From a virus (Duplodnaviria; Caudoviricetes): DNA of 53,718 nucleotides. Positions 34,965-47,805 of this stretch are shown piece after piece; the first letter of the stretch is position 1; every line of letters begins with the position of its first letter. A model generated the notes under the pieces. That model was not told the DNA's origin. It ran no database searches and saw only the letters and a program-made list of their open reading frames with translations. The position numbers were made by a program, and so were the translations under genes. The stretch is from IMG/VR virus record IMGVR_UViG_3300030107_001340, positions 1 to 53,718 of that record, one strand, 5' to 3'.

Positions 34965-35162
34965 TCATCAGTAGTCTATGTGAGTAGCTATCACATTTAC
35001 TACTGTCAAGCAAACAACATTCAGCTTTCGGATTACCTGACGAACACGGCCCGTTATTATGTAGGTAGGCCAACTTACACTATAATGCACCCGTAGTGAA
35101 TCAGCCCCTGATGAGTCTGGTTAGTTTGCATCTGTAATAATGCTAAACTAGGAGATTATACA
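34965..35162 (+). ncRNA. structured 5' leader of the capsid mRNA
   Basis: About 200 nt non-coding with nested stems CAGTAGT/ACTACTG, ATGTGA/TCACAT, CTGA/TCAG, ACGG/CCGT and TAGTTTGCAT/ATGCTAAACTA. Confidence 0.55.
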
Positions 35163-36224
35163 ATGGCATTTAATACCGCTGCTGGGTATGGTAATCTTCC
35201 TAACGGCAATTTTTCACCCGTCATTTACAGCAAACAGGTGCAACTTGCTTTCCGCAAGGCATCTGTTGTTGAGGCGATCACCAATAACGATTACTTTGGT
35301 GAGATTGCCAATATGGGTGATTCCGTTAAGATTATCAAGGAACCCGAAATTACAGTTAAGGAATATGCTCGTGGTACTCAAATCACGCCGCAAGACCTTG
35401 ACGATGAAGACTTCAGCCTTACGATTGACAAAGCTAATTACTTTGCTTTCAAGGTTGATGACATTGAAGAAGCTCACAGTCATGTGAACTTTCAGTCGGT
35501 TGCGTCAGATCGTGCGGCGTATCGACTTGCTGATCAGTTTGACCAAGACGTACTTGGTTATCTTTCTGGTTTTAAACAGTCTGCTATTAGCAGCCGTGCT
35601 GATACCGCTAACGATGTTGTCAATGGCAGCAAAGCGGTTGATACGGCTGGATCAGATGAACTTCTTACCAGCATGAAACTGGACGCTAGTGACTTTAACG
35701 GTGGTTCTTCAGGGAACTCTATCGTAGTCAAACCACGTACGGGTGGTGATTCTTTGAATACAACAACGGCTAATGCTACGCCGCTTCAAGTTATTGCTCG
35801 TATGTCTCGTAAGCTTGATCAGCAAAATGTTGATACTGCTAGTCGTTGGCTTGTTGTTGACCCTGTATTTGCAGAACTTTTGAAAGATGAAGATTCTCGT
35901 CTTTTAGATTCTGACTTTGGTGGGTCTGGCTTGCAGAACGGGCTAGTCTTCAACAACATTCATGGTTTCAAAGTTTATATGTCAAATAACTTGCCTGAAA
36001 AAGGTAATGGCCCAACCGGGGCAACGGCTACAGGTAGCACCCATTTTGGTGTTCTTGTTGCTGGGCATTCTGGTGCGGTTGCTACTGCAGAGCAAATCAA
36101 CAAAACTGAAACCTACCGTGACCCTGACAGCTTCGCTGACATTGTTCGTGGTATGCATTTATATGGTCGCAAGATTCTCCGTCCTGAGTCTCTTGTTAAT
36201 GCCATATATGTTTCTGGAATTTAA
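35163..36224 (+). CDS. major capsid protein
   Basis: FSPVIYS, GDSVKI, DQQNV...RWLVV, GFKVYMSNN, FADIVRGMHLYGRKILRPE. Confidence 0.92.
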   Translation: MAFNTAAGYGNLPNGNFSPVIYSKQVQLAFRKASVVEAITNNDYFGEIANMGDSVKIIKEPEITVKEYARGTQITPQDLDDEDFSLTIDKANYFAFKVDDIEEAHSHVNFQSVASDRAAYRLADQFDQDVLGYLSGFKQSAISSRADTANDVVNGSKAVDTAGSDELLTSMKLDASDFNGGSSGNSIVVKPRTGGDSLNTTTANATPLQVIARMSRKLDQQNVDTASRWLVVDPVFAELLKDEDSRLLDSDFGGSGLQNGLVFNNIHGFKVYMSNNLPEKGNGPTGATATGSTHFGVLVAGHSGAVATAEQINKTETYRDPDSFADIVRGMHLYGRKILRPESLVNAIYVSGI

Positions 36225-36239
36225 GGGGAGGATTGAACT

Positions 36240-36761
36240 ATGGCTACATTTGATATGACTTCCTCTGCTACTGCTGGCGTTGCGTCCAACTCAATCGCTG
36301 CGCTTCCTGCAAGTAGAAGTGGCTTAAATTTACGTATTGTTGAGGCAATTCTTGACATTGAGAAAATCACTGATTATTCTTGTACAAACGGTGATATATT
36401 TCAACTTCTTGAAATTCCTGCTAATACAATGGTACTATTTGCTGGAGCAGAAGTTCTTAAAGCTTTCAACGGAACTTCACCAACTGTAGACATTGACTTT
36501 GCCGCAGGTGATGACATTGTCGATGGTGGTGACGTTACTAGCACAGGTTTTCTTGCTTCGGGATCTAACGGGGCTGCAATGACAACCTCTGGTACTATTA
36601 CCTTTACGCAGCATGTAACTACGACAGATACAATTGATGTTAAATTAATTGCATCTTCTGCTGACGTAACGGAAGGTCGTCTGAGAGTTTTAGCTGGTGT
36701 TGTTGATACAAACGGCGCACAAGAACTTGCAGTTGAAGTTTCTCGTGATCAAGCGTCTTAA
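36240..36761 (+). CDS. putative capsid decoration/minor head protein
   Basis: Follows MCP; strong RBS; beta-rich. Confidence 0.65.
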   Translation: MATFDMTSSATAGVASNSIAALPASRSGLNLRIVEAILDIEKITDYSCTNGDIFQLLEIPANTMVLFAGAEVLKAFNGTSPTVDIDFAAGDDIVDGGDVTSTGFLASGSNGAAMTTSGTITFTQHVTTTDTIDVKLIASSADVTEGRLRVLAGVVDTNGAQELAVEVSRDQAS

Positions 36762-36777
36762 TTAGACGTTCATTAAA

Positions 36778-36814
36778 GTGTATGGGGGTGGTATAATGCC
36801 ACCTCCATATGCAC
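36778..36814 (+). terminator. strong hairpin after the head genes (terminator or processing site)
   Basis: GTGTATGGGGGTGGTA...TGCCACCTCCATATGCAC; no U-tract. Confidence 0.5.
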
Positions 36815-36834
36815 ATGAATTAAGGAGATAAGTG

Positions 36835-37272
36835 ATGGCAATCACTACTGCAATGTGTACCTCTTTTAAATCAGAGCTTCTTGGTGGCACTCACGATTTA
36901 GATACACATAGCATTAAGCTTGCTCTCATTAAAGCTAGTCCCTCTGGTACTTATGGAGCAGCTACTACAAATTATTCTGACGTAACTGGTAATAGTGATG
37001 AAGCGTCTGGAACAAATTACTCTGCAGGAGGACAAGTTCTAGATGGTGCTTCTATCTCTATTGACGGAACAACAGCTATTGTAGACTTTACAGATGAAGT
37101 TTTTTCCAATGTAACCGTCTCTACAGACGGTTGTATTATTTATAACTCAAGCCAAAGCAATAAAGCTATTTGCACAATTAGCTTTGGTGGAACGGTTTCA
37201 GCAACTGCTGGTGATTTAACAATTGGATTTCCTGCTGCTGGAGCGTCAACGGCAGTAATTAGAATAGCATAA
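36835..37272 (+). CDS. virion structural protein
   Basis: MAITTAMCTSFKSELL...NYSAGG...IIYN. Confidence 0.75.
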   Translation: MAITTAMCTSFKSELLGGTHDLDTHSIKLALIKASPSGTYGAATTNYSDVTGNSDEASGTNYSAGGQVLDGASISIDGTTAIVDFTDEVFSNVTVSTDGCIIYNSSQSNKAICTISFGGTVSATAGDLTIGFPAAGASTAVIRIA

Positions 37273-37275
37273 TTT

Positions 37276-37671
37276 ATGGCTGTAATAGCATCTTCAGCAC
37301 GATACGGTTCTGGTCTTTATGGAACTTCTAAATATGGAGTAGTCAATCTAGATGCTACTCTTACAGGAGTGTCTGCTACAGGGACTATCGGAACTATCGT
37401 ACCGCAAGCAGATTCTTTAATTGTTTCTGATGCAGTATCTGCTACAGGTTTTATAGGAGAAGTAAACGCTTTTATTACGGCATCTTTAACAGGTGTTTCA
37501 GCTACAGGTGCAATAAATACTGTATCTGAAAACGTATCTGAGAAATTAGATTCTGTATCTGCTATAGGTAGCATAGGAGCAACAACTCAAAATGCAGTAG
37601 TATTTGATTTTCAAGCTGTTAGAAATCAATATAGTAGAAGTAGAACAGTTAAAATACCAAGAGCAGCTTAA
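37276..37671 (+). CDS. structural protein with LTGVSATG repeats
   Basis: Repeated (L)TGVSATG-x-I motifs. Confidence 0.75.
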   Translation: MAVIASSARYGSGLYGTSKYGVVNLDATLTGVSATGTIGTIVPQADSLIVSDAVSATGFIGEVNAFITASLTGVSATGAINTVSENVSEKLDSVSAIGSIGATTQNAVVFDFQAVRNQYSRSRTVKIPRAA

Positions 37672-37850
37672 TGTCTACAGCAGCAGAAAGAACAGTAGAT
37701 ATACCTTTTGAAAATAGAAAAGTGTTAATACCTCGTGGCAGTACATCTAATGATCGCACTGTAAAAATAAAATTTGAAAATAGAATTATTTATATAGAAA
37801 AACAGTCTACATCAAATGAAAGAACTGTTCATGTTACGGAGATAGCCTAA
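37671..37850 (+). CDS. 59-aa protein (not in ORF track)
   Basis: MSTAAERTV...STSNDRTV...STSNERTV; TAATG-coupled at both ends. Confidence 0.75.
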   Translation: MSTAAERTVDIPFENRKVLIPRGSTSNDRTVKIKFENRIIYIEKQSTSNERTVHVTEIA

Positions 37851-38194
37851 TGTCATTTAAATGGCCTTCTAAAGATAAAGACGAACAATTAGATTATAGT
37901 GTAGATTGGTCTAGATTTTTAAGCACTGCTACTATTAGTTCTGTTACGTGGTCTGTGCAAACTTCAGAAATAGGTAAAACCACGCTTGCTTCAGGTCAAA
38001 CATTAACAACTGCATCTGGAAGTTCAGTTACAGATAACATACAAAATGTTTCTCAATCAAATACAACAACCGTTGCAACTATTAATATAGGTGGTGGAGT
38101 TAATAATAGAGAGTACACATTTACGTGCAGCATGGTAGATAGCACAGGAAGCACTGCTGAACGTACTATAAAACTTGTTATAAGAGAAAAATAA
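37850..38194 (+). CDS. putative fibre/tail adaptor protein
   Basis: WPSKDKDEQLDYSVDW. Confidence 0.7.
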   Translation: MSFKWPSKDKDEQLDYSVDWSRFLSTATISSVTWSVQTSEIGKTTLASGQTLTTASGSSVTDNIQNVSQSNTTTVATINIGGGVNNREYTFTCSMVDSTGSTAERTIKLVIREK

Positions 38195-38931
38195 TGGCTT
38201 ATAATTTTTTAGGGGTTGTCAACGATATAAATAGAAGACTAAATGAAGTTGAGCTTACATCTTCAAATTTTAGCACAGCTAATGGTTTTTATGCTCATGC
38301 AAAAGACGCTGTTAATTCTTCGTTACGTTATATTAATCAATCGGAATATCAGTGGCCTTTTAATCATGTTGAACAAGAAGATACATTAACGGCAGGTACT
38401 TCTCGATATTTATTTCCTGCTGATTCTAAAACAGTTGATTTTGATTCATTTAGAATTAAAGAAAATAGTTCATTGGGTAACTCAACTGTTAAATTACCTA
38501 CTCTCGCGTATGAAGAGTACTTAGAAAAACATGTATCTCAAGAGTACGCAAGTTCAACTAACAATAGGGGTGTGCCAAGTAGAGTTGTTCATTCCCCCTC
38601 TCTTGAGTATATTATGACTCCTGCCCCAGATAAAGCGTATACAGTAGTATATGAGTATTACCGTATACCTGTAGATTTAGAATTACATGATGATGTTCCA
38701 GAAATACCGGAAAGATTTAAGCATGTTATTGTAGATGGTGCTATGTATTATGCTTATTTATTTAGAGGCAATACTCAAGACGCACAATTATCTAAACAAA
38801 AATTCGATGATGGTATTAAGAGTATGCGCTCCCTACTTATTAATCGTTACCATTATGTAAGATCTTACATGATAGTTCAAAATACAGGCGGTGGTGGTCG
38901 CATAGGTTACTCTAGATTACCTCTTGGATAG
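38194..38931 (+). CDS. head-tail adaptor / tail tubular protein A-like
   Basis: WPF, GVP, PAPDKAY, PEIPERF...IVDGA. Confidence 0.75.
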   Translation: MAYNFLGVVNDINRRLNEVELTSSNFSTANGFYAHAKDAVNSSLRYINQSEYQWPFNHVEQEDTLTAGTSRYLFPADSKTVDFDSFRIKENSSLGNSTVKLPTLAYEEYLEKHVSQEYASSTNNRGVPSRVVHSPSLEYIMTPAPDKAYTVVYEYYRIPVDLELHDDVPEIPERFKHVIVDGAMYYAYLFRGNTQDAQLSKQKFDDGIKSMRSLLINRYHYVRSYMIVQNTGGGGRIGYSRLPLG

Positions 38932-38937
38932 TATATA

Positions 38938-40917
38938 ATGGCAGATAGATGGCAAACATATCCTATTGAATTTAAGGGTGGTTTAATTACAAATCTAAGT
39001 CCTTTGCAGCAGGGTATTAATGCACCGGGAAGTGCTAGAATACTACGTAACTATGAACCTTCAATTGAGGGTGGATATAGAAGAATTGAAGGCTTCAGTA
39101 AATATGATAGTAATCAAATTCCTCCATACGGTTCTCCTGTTGTACATGGGGCTAGTCAAACAGGTACGACTCTTGTAATTGGAAACATACACACAACCCC
39201 TGTAGTAGGGGATACGTTAACTATTACAGGTGTGTCTGGTACGTATACTATAGCAAGTGGTGGCGTAACATATGATTCTACTAATAATAGAGCAACTCTT
39301 ACTTTAACTAGTAGTTTAAATTCAAGTCCAGCTAATGCAGCAGCAGTTACTTTTGCAACTACTACAAACAAATATTTAATAAATGGGATAGCAAGTTGGG
39401 AAGATTCTGCTATTGTTGCAATTAACGATGATATATTTAAAACATCAGGATCAGGAACTACACATATAAATATACCAAACTACGGCACAGTATTAGTTAA
39501 TGGTGCTAGTCAAACAGGTACAAGTTTAATCGTTGACGGGCTTACTTCTGCACCACAAGCAGGAGATGTTTTTAAAATAAACAGTGTTGATTTAGTCTAC
39601 ACAGTTACTGCTGACGCTAGTGTATCTTCGGGGGGAGCAACATTAAGTATTAATCCTTCTTTAGCTAGTAGCCCTGCTGATGATGCAGCAATTACATTTT
39701 TATCAACTAGCAGAGATGGTGCTGTAAAGACTAGATTTGCAAAATATAATTTTTCAGGCACAGAAAAAATAGCTATAGTGGATGGGGCTAATGCTCCAGC
39801 TTTATATAACTCAAGTGTATTTACTGTTTTAGACAGCGCACCAGCAGAAGTAATATCTGCAAGTCATGTAACAGACTTTAAAAAATCTTTGTTTTTTGCA
39901 AAGGGATCTACTGTTACTTTTACCGCACCTTATACTGACAATGATTTTTCAGTTGCTACAGGTGGGGGGAGTATTAACGTAGGATCTACTGTAACTGGCT
40001 TAATAGTATTTCGTGAACAATTAATTATTTTTACAGAAACTAATATACAACAACTCGTTGGTAATAGTGTAGCAGATTATAGATTACAACCTATTGCTAG
40101 TGACATAGGATGCTTAGAAGGAGATACAATAAAAGAAATTGGTGGCGATGTAATGTTCTTAGGACCAGATGGATTAAGAATGTTAAGTGCTACAGAACGT
40201 ATAGGTGATTTTGGTTTAGCCTCTGTTTCAAAAATAATACAAGATAATATGACTAACTTTATTCGTGATAATACTTCGTTTATAAGTGTAGTTATAAGAG
40301 AAAAATCACAATATCGTTTATTAGGTTTTAACACGAATTATACACAAGAAAATGCTCAAGGCATTATAGCAACACAGTTTGCTGAACAGGGTGGTGCTAA
40401 TATGGGGTTTTCTGAAACTAGAGGAATAAAAGCTCACGCAGCAGACAGTAATTATAATGGTAAAACAGAAGTAGTCTTATTTGCAAATGATGATAGATAT
40501 GTTTATCAAATGGAAAGTGGAAATAGTTTTGATGGGTCAAATATATCCACTACTTTTGCTACTCCCCATATGCCAATATCAGATCCTAGAGTAAGAAAAA
40601 CTTTTTATAAAATGTTTTTATATACAGATCCGCAAGGAAGTGTTAACTTTGACACAAGTTTAAAACTTGATTTTGACGCAAAAGACATTATTCAACCTAA
40701 TTCAATTTCTTTTGACAATAGTGATGGTCAAGTAGGATTTTATGGAACTGGGTTTTTTGGATCAACTACTTACGGTGGTAAGCTTCAAAAGTTATTTTCA
40801 AGTCAGGTAATAGGTTCTGGTTTCTCTGTTTCATTTCAATTTAATTCAGATAGCACAGATCCACCATTTTCACTAGATGCACTCACCGTAGAATACGGTA
40901 CTAACGATAGAAGGTAA
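38938..40917 (+). CDS. tail nozzle / tubular protein B-like with duplicated insert domain
   Basis: GGYRRIEG, FREQLIIF, IGC...GDVMFL; two GASQTG...LxSSPA inserts. Confidence 0.75.
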   Translation: MADRWQTYPIEFKGGLITNLSPLQQGINAPGSARILRNYEPSIEGGYRRIEGFSKYDSNQIPPYGSPVVHGASQTGTTLVIGNIHTTPVVGDTLTITGVSGTYTIASGGVTYDSTNNRATLTLTSSLNSSPANAAAVTFATTTNKYLINGIASWEDSAIVAINDDIFKTSGSGTTHINIPNYGTVLVNGASQTGTSLIVDGLTSAPQAGDVFKINSVDLVYTVTADASVSSGGATLSINPSLASSPADDAAITFLSTSRDGAVKTRFAKYNFSGTEKIAIVDGANAPALYNSSVFTVLDSAPAEVISASHVTDFKKSLFFAKGSTVTFTAPYTDNDFSVATGGGSINVGSTVTGLIVFREQLIIFTETNIQQLVGNSVADYRLQPIASDIGCLEGDTIKEIGGDVMFLGPDGLRMLSATERIGDFGLASVSKIIQDNMTNFIRDNTSFISVVIREKSQYRLLGFNTNYTQENAQGIIATQFAEQGGANMGFSETRGIKAHAADSNYNGKTEVVLFANDDRYVYQMESGNSFDGSNISTTFATPHMPISDPRVRKTFYKMFLYTDPQGSVNFDTSLKLDFDAKDIIQPNSISFDNSDGQVGFYGTGFFGSTTYGGKLQKLFSSQVIGSGFSVSFQFNSDSTDPPFSLDALTVEYGTNDRR

Positions 40918-40922
40918 AAACT

Positions 40923-43900
40923 ATGGGTAATGGATATACTCGAAATGATACTTCAAATAATATTGCAGATGGTAATGTTATTAACGCAGCGGATTTTGAT
41001 GGCGAGTTTGACGCAATTGAAGCTGCATTCGTAGAAACTACGGGTCATACACATGATGGCACTGCGGATGAAGGTGCGCCTGTAACGGTAGTTGGCCCTG
41101 TCCAAGACTTTGTAGTTTCAGCCACTGAAATTAAACCAAAGACTACCAATACACTTGATATAGGAACTTCAGGACTTCAGTTTAAAGATTTGTACATTGA
41201 TGGCACTGGCTACATTGACGCTGTAGACATTGATGGTGGTAACATCGATAATACTGTGATAGGTGCGTCTACTGCCGCTGCGATTACAGGAACAACTATC
41301 ACAGCAGAAACATCTTTTGTACCTGATGCTTCTGATGGCGCAACATTAGGTACTGCATCTTTAGAATTTAGTGACTTGTACTTAGCGGATGGGGCGCAGA
41401 TACTTTTTGGTGACGATCAAGATACGACTCTTACACACACTGACGGTACAGGTCTTACCTTAAACTCCACTAATAAATTAGCCTTTGGTGATGCAGCTAG
41501 CTTTATTCAACAAAGCAGCGATGGAGTTCTTCGCATAGATGGAGAAGCTACCATTGACCTCAATGCATCAACAGTGGTTACTGTTAGCAATGATCTTAAA
41601 TTAAACTCTGATTCTGCCGTTTTAGGATTTGGCGCAGACAATGACACTACTCTCACGCATACAGATGGTACAGGTCTTACTCTAAACTCTACTAATAAAT
41701 TAACTTTTGGTGACGCAGCTAGTTTTATACAGCAGAGTGGTGATGGTGTTTTAAGAGTAGATGGAGAAGCAACTATTGATCTTAATGCATCAACAGCGGT
41801 TACAGTTAGCAACGATCTTAAATTAGACTCTGATTCTGCCGTTTTAGGATTTGGAGCAGATAATGATACTACTCTCACACATACAGATGGCACAGGACTG
41901 ACTCTTAATTCTACTAATAAATTAACCTTCGGTGATGCAGCTAGCTTTATACAGCAGAGTGGCGACGGTGTTTTAAGAATAGACGGAGAAGCTACCATTG
42001 ACCTCAATGCATCAACAGCGGTTACGGTAAGTAATGATCTTAAATTAGACTCTGATAGTGCAGTTCTAGGGTTTGGCGCAGACAACGATACAACTCTTAC
42101 ACACACTGATGGCACAGGGCTAACTCTTAATTCTACGAATAAATTGACCTTTGGCGATGCAGCCAGCTTCATTCAACAAAGTAGTGATGGTGTTCTCCGT
42201 ATAGATGGAGAGGCTACTATTGATCTTAATGCGTCTACGGCTGTTACAATTAGTAACGATCTTAAATTAGACTCTGATGATGCAGTTTTAAGTTTTGGTT
42301 CGGACAGTGACATAACTATTACGCACGACCCTGATGATGGTTTAAAATTTAAATCAGTAGCAACGGGCGATGATAATCCTTTCGTGCTTACATTGGAAAC
42401 AGGCGAATTAAATATTGAAGCTAACGATAAACTAGGGGTTATTAATTTTCAAGCTCCTAATGAGCAAGAAACTGGTGATGCTCAAAAGGTAGCTGCTGGC
42501 ATAGAAGCTGTATCAGAGGGTGATTTTGCAGCCGATTCAAATGCTACATCTTTAGCTTTTAAAACAGGGTCATCAGACGACGCTGACGAAAAAGTTAGGA
42601 TAGACTCATCAGGCCGTGTGCAAATAGGAACAACAAGTGCAACAAACGACGCCTTTCTAACAATAAAAGACACTGGTTCTGCAAACCCCGTAGCAAGGAT
42701 ATCTTTTGATCGTACAGATTCTGCTGTAACAAATGGTGTAAAGATAGGATATACTTTTGCTGGTGCATCAGCAGATTTTGAAATTGCTAATCGAGACGCA
42801 GGCTTGGTCCGAATATCAACATCTGATACTGAGAGATTGCGAGTTGAAAGCGATGGTGATGTTCTAATAGGCCATACTGCAAACGTATGGCCTGAAAAAT
42901 TATTATCTTATCAAGGCACATCTGAAAATAAAGTAGGAGTTGGGGTTTACGCAACCAACACCAGCTACACTGAAACTCTTGTTAGAGTGCAGAGTGAAAC
43001 AACCAGTACAGGCGGTAATTATAAATTCTTTGAAGGCCGTTCTACAGGAGGAGCAATTCAATACTTTGTTAAAAGTGATGGCTCTGCATTTTTTGCTGGC
43101 TCAATAGGTGCAGGGACTTCATCTCCAAGTAGTAGTGTTGATATAGACTGTCGTAATACTGGTGTAATTCAGATTGTTAGTACAGATACTGTTCAACTTG
43201 TAGCATCCAACGGTGGATCTACATTAAAGAATGTATCCAACAATCCACTGCTTTTTGGAACTAATAATACAGAGCGTATGCGTATTACTGCAGCAGGTAA
43301 TGTTGGCATTGGCGCTCAAGCCCCTGCCGCTAGATTATCTCTTGGCGCACTTGTCGCCAACAAAGTCTTTGGTCTTTACGATGACGGAACGAATTTTTAT
43401 GGCTTAGGAATTGGATCAGCAAACTATAAGTTTAATAAACCTAGTGCTGCGGTTTTTACATTTAATAACTTAGATAGAGCAAACGATACAACTACTGAAA
43501 TTGCTCGATTTGATACTTCTGGACGCCTTTTGATAAGAAAGACAGCAGCAGGGTTAACTAGTCCCGGCGTTGAAACACATACCGCCGACAACAGCTTCCT
43601 AGGTACGACAAGCACGGGAGCAGCCCTCCATGTCAACCGACAAGACAGCGATGGAACGCTCGTCACTTTTAGGCATGATAACACCTCTGAGGGTAGCATT
43701 ACCGTATCTGGCAGCACTGTAAGTTACAATGGTGGACACTTGTCACGCTGGTCACAAGCTGCGGACGGAAACCGTATTGACGGCTTGCTTAAAGGGACGG
43801 TCATGACCAATCTTGACAAGATGGCTGTCTGGACCAGTGAGGATGGCAAAACAAAAAATAACGAACAATTAAACTGCATGGCTGTATCTTCTGTAGAAGG

Positions 43901-44210
43901 TGATGCGAATGTAGCTGGGGTGTTTGTCAATTTCAATGAAGATAAAGAGGAAGAACTCAATGATCCTTACGGTAAAAGTTGTGTTAATGACATGAATATC
44001 GCAATGACTGGAGATATGGTTATTCGTATTGCTAGTGACACAACAGTGGCACGAGGTGACTTGCTGATGAGTGCTGGTGATGGGACAGCCAAGCCACAAG
44101 GCGATGACATTGTTCGCAGCAAAACTATCGCGAAAGTCACCAGCATAAATGTTTCACATACTTACAGCGATGGTAGCTATCTTGTGCCATGCGTTTTAAT
44201 GGCTTGCTAG
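40923..44210 (+). CDS. tail fibre with four 74-aa repeats and C-terminal chaperone-like domain
   Basis: TGHTHDG N-terminus, ERMRI/ERLRV motifs, GDLLMSAGDG...TIAKVT tail. Confidence 0.85.
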   Translation: MGNGYTRNDTSNNIADGNVINAADFDGEFDAIEAAFVETTGHTHDGTADEGAPVTVVGPVQDFVVSATEIKPKTTNTLDIGTSGLQFKDLYIDGTGYIDAVDIDGGNIDNTVIGASTAAAITGTTITAETSFVPDASDGATLGTASLEFSDLYLADGAQILFGDDQDTTLTHTDGTGLTLNSTNKLAFGDAASFIQQSSDGVLRIDGEATIDLNASTVVTVSNDLKLNSDSAVLGFGADNDTTLTHTDGTGLTLNSTNKLTFGDAASFIQQSGDGVLRVDGEATIDLNASTAVTVSNDLKLDSDSAVLGFGADNDTTLTHTDGTGLTLNSTNKLTFGDAASFIQQSGDGVLRIDGEATIDLNASTAVTVSNDLKLDSDSAVLGFGADNDTTLTHTDGTGLTLNSTNKLTFGDAASFIQQSSDGVLRIDGEATIDLNASTAVTISNDLKLDSDDAVLSFGSDSDITITHDPDDGLKFKSVATGDDNPFVLTLETGELNIEANDKLGVINFQAPNEQETGDAQKVAAGIEAVSEGDFAADSNATSLAFKTGSSDDADEKVRIDSSGRVQIGTTSATNDAFLTIKDTGSANPVARISFDRTDSAVTNGVKIGYTFAGASADFEIANRDAGLVRISTSDTERLRVESDGDVLIGHTANVWPEKLLSYQGTSENKVGVGVYATNTSYTETLVRVQSETTSTGGNYKFFEGRSTGGAIQYFVKSDGSAFFAGSIGAGTSSPSSSVDIDCRNTGVIQIVSTDTVQLVASNGGSTLKNVSNNPLLFGTNNTERMRITAAGNVGIGAQAPAARLSLGALVANKVFGLYDDGTNFYGLGIGSANYKFNKPSAAVFTFNNLDRANDTTTEIARFDTSGRLLIRKTAAGLTSPGVETHTADNSFLGTTSTGAALHVNRQDSDGTLVTFRHDNTSEGSITVSGSTVSYNGGHLSRWSQAADGNRIDGLLKGTVMTNLDKMAVWTSEDGKTKNNEQLNCMAVSSVEGDANVAGVFVNFNEDKEEELNDPYGKSCVNDMNIAMTGDMVIRIASDTTVARGDLLMSAGDGTAKPQGDDIVRSKTIAKVTSINVSHTYSDGSYLVPCVLMAC
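41421..42308 (+). repeat. 4 x 222-bp coding tandem repeat
   Basis: Units start at 41421, 41643, 41865 and 42087. Confidence 0.92.
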
Positions 44211-44225
44211 AATAAGGAGAAAAAA

Positions 44226-44543
44226 ATGGCAGCGACATGGACAGTCAACAGTCTTGACTTTTACAAAAGTCATGGAGGTAAAACAAACGTAGTTTTTACT
44301 GTACATTGGAATTGTGCAGATAAAGATTCAAATGGAAATACGGGACGATGTTATGGTTCTATTGTTATTCCAACAGATGATCTATCTAGTTTTACCTCTT
44401 ACTCAGAAATAACAGAAACACAAGCAATAGGTTGGGCAAAAGACGCTTTGGGTTCTGATGAAGTAACTTCAATAGAAGCTAATGTTGCTGGTCAAATTGC
44501 AGAAAAAGCAACCCCAAAACAAGGTTCTGGTAAGCCTTGGTAA
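44226..44543 (+). CDS. fibre-associated small protein
   Basis: NVVFTVHW...FTSYSEITE...GW...GKPW. Confidence 0.75.
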   Translation: MAATWTVNSLDFYKSHGGKTNVVFTVHWNCADKDSNGNTGRCYGSIVIPTDDLSSFTSYSEITETQAIGWAKDALGSDEVTSIEANVAGQIAEKATPKQGSGKPW

Positions 44544-44582
44544 TAAAATTGATCTAAATCAATTAATGTAATATAATATATA

Positions 44583-44825
44583 ATGGAGATAAACATGGAA
44601 AAAGTAGGTAATGTCATAAATATAAATGGCACAGATTATAATGAAAATGATCTAAGTGATACACAAAAATATTTGATAGCTCAAATTAAAGACTTGCAAG
44701 ATAAGGCAGGTAACTTTAAGTTTCAATTAGATCAAGTTCAAGTTAGTTTAAATTCTTTTACTAATGCTCTTATACAAGAACTAGAAAAGAACACTGAAGA
44801 AACTGAAGAACAAAAAGTTTCTTAG
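44583..44825 (+). CDS. coiled-coil hypothetical protein
   Basis: ININGTDY...DLSD. Confidence 0.7.
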   Translation: MEINMEKVGNVININGTDYNENDLSDTQKYLIAQIKDLQDKAGNFKFQLDQVQVSLNSFTNALIQELEKNTEETEEQKVS

Positions 44826-44852
44826 CATTTAATTACAACAAGGAAAAAGAGA

Positions 44853-45080
44853 ATGGAAATGTCTAGCATGATGTTTTGGAATGTAATACTTACGTTAGTA
44901 ATAGCTCCAGCATTTTGGATGTTCCGTTCTCTTTTAGTTGAAGTTAAACGAATTGACATATTAGTAAATAAAACCCGTGAAGAGTACGCCACTAAAATAG
45001 AACTAAGAGAAGATTTAAATAGAGTTATGGAAGCTCTTCATCGTGTTGAAGATAAGTTAGATCAAGCTTTACGGAAATAA
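44853..45080 (+). CDS. TM + coiled-coil protein
   Basis: N-terminal TM, TREEYATK...RVEDKLD. Confidence 0.72.
   Translation: MEMSSMMFWNVILTLVIAPAFWMFRSLLVEVKRIDILVNKTREEYATKIELREDLNRVMEALHRVEDKLDQALRK

Positions 45081-47788
<2,708 letters not shown>

Positions 47789-47805
<17 letters not shown>

Noticed and set aside
35037-35118. Hammerhead ribozyme (CTGACGA and CTGATGAG present)
   Set aside because: The required GAAA after stem II is absent (GAAT) and stems I/III could not be built
41507-42172. Long antisense ORFs (also 21700-22170, 23173-23472, 25232-25753, 45404-45739, 6593-6988 and similar)
   Set aside because: Shadows of real genes or repeats on the opposite strand; no RBS or recognisable motifs
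40923-44210. Diversity-generating retroelement acting on the tail fibre
   Set aside because: No reverse transcriptase in the genome; repeat differences are synonymous and not adenine-specific
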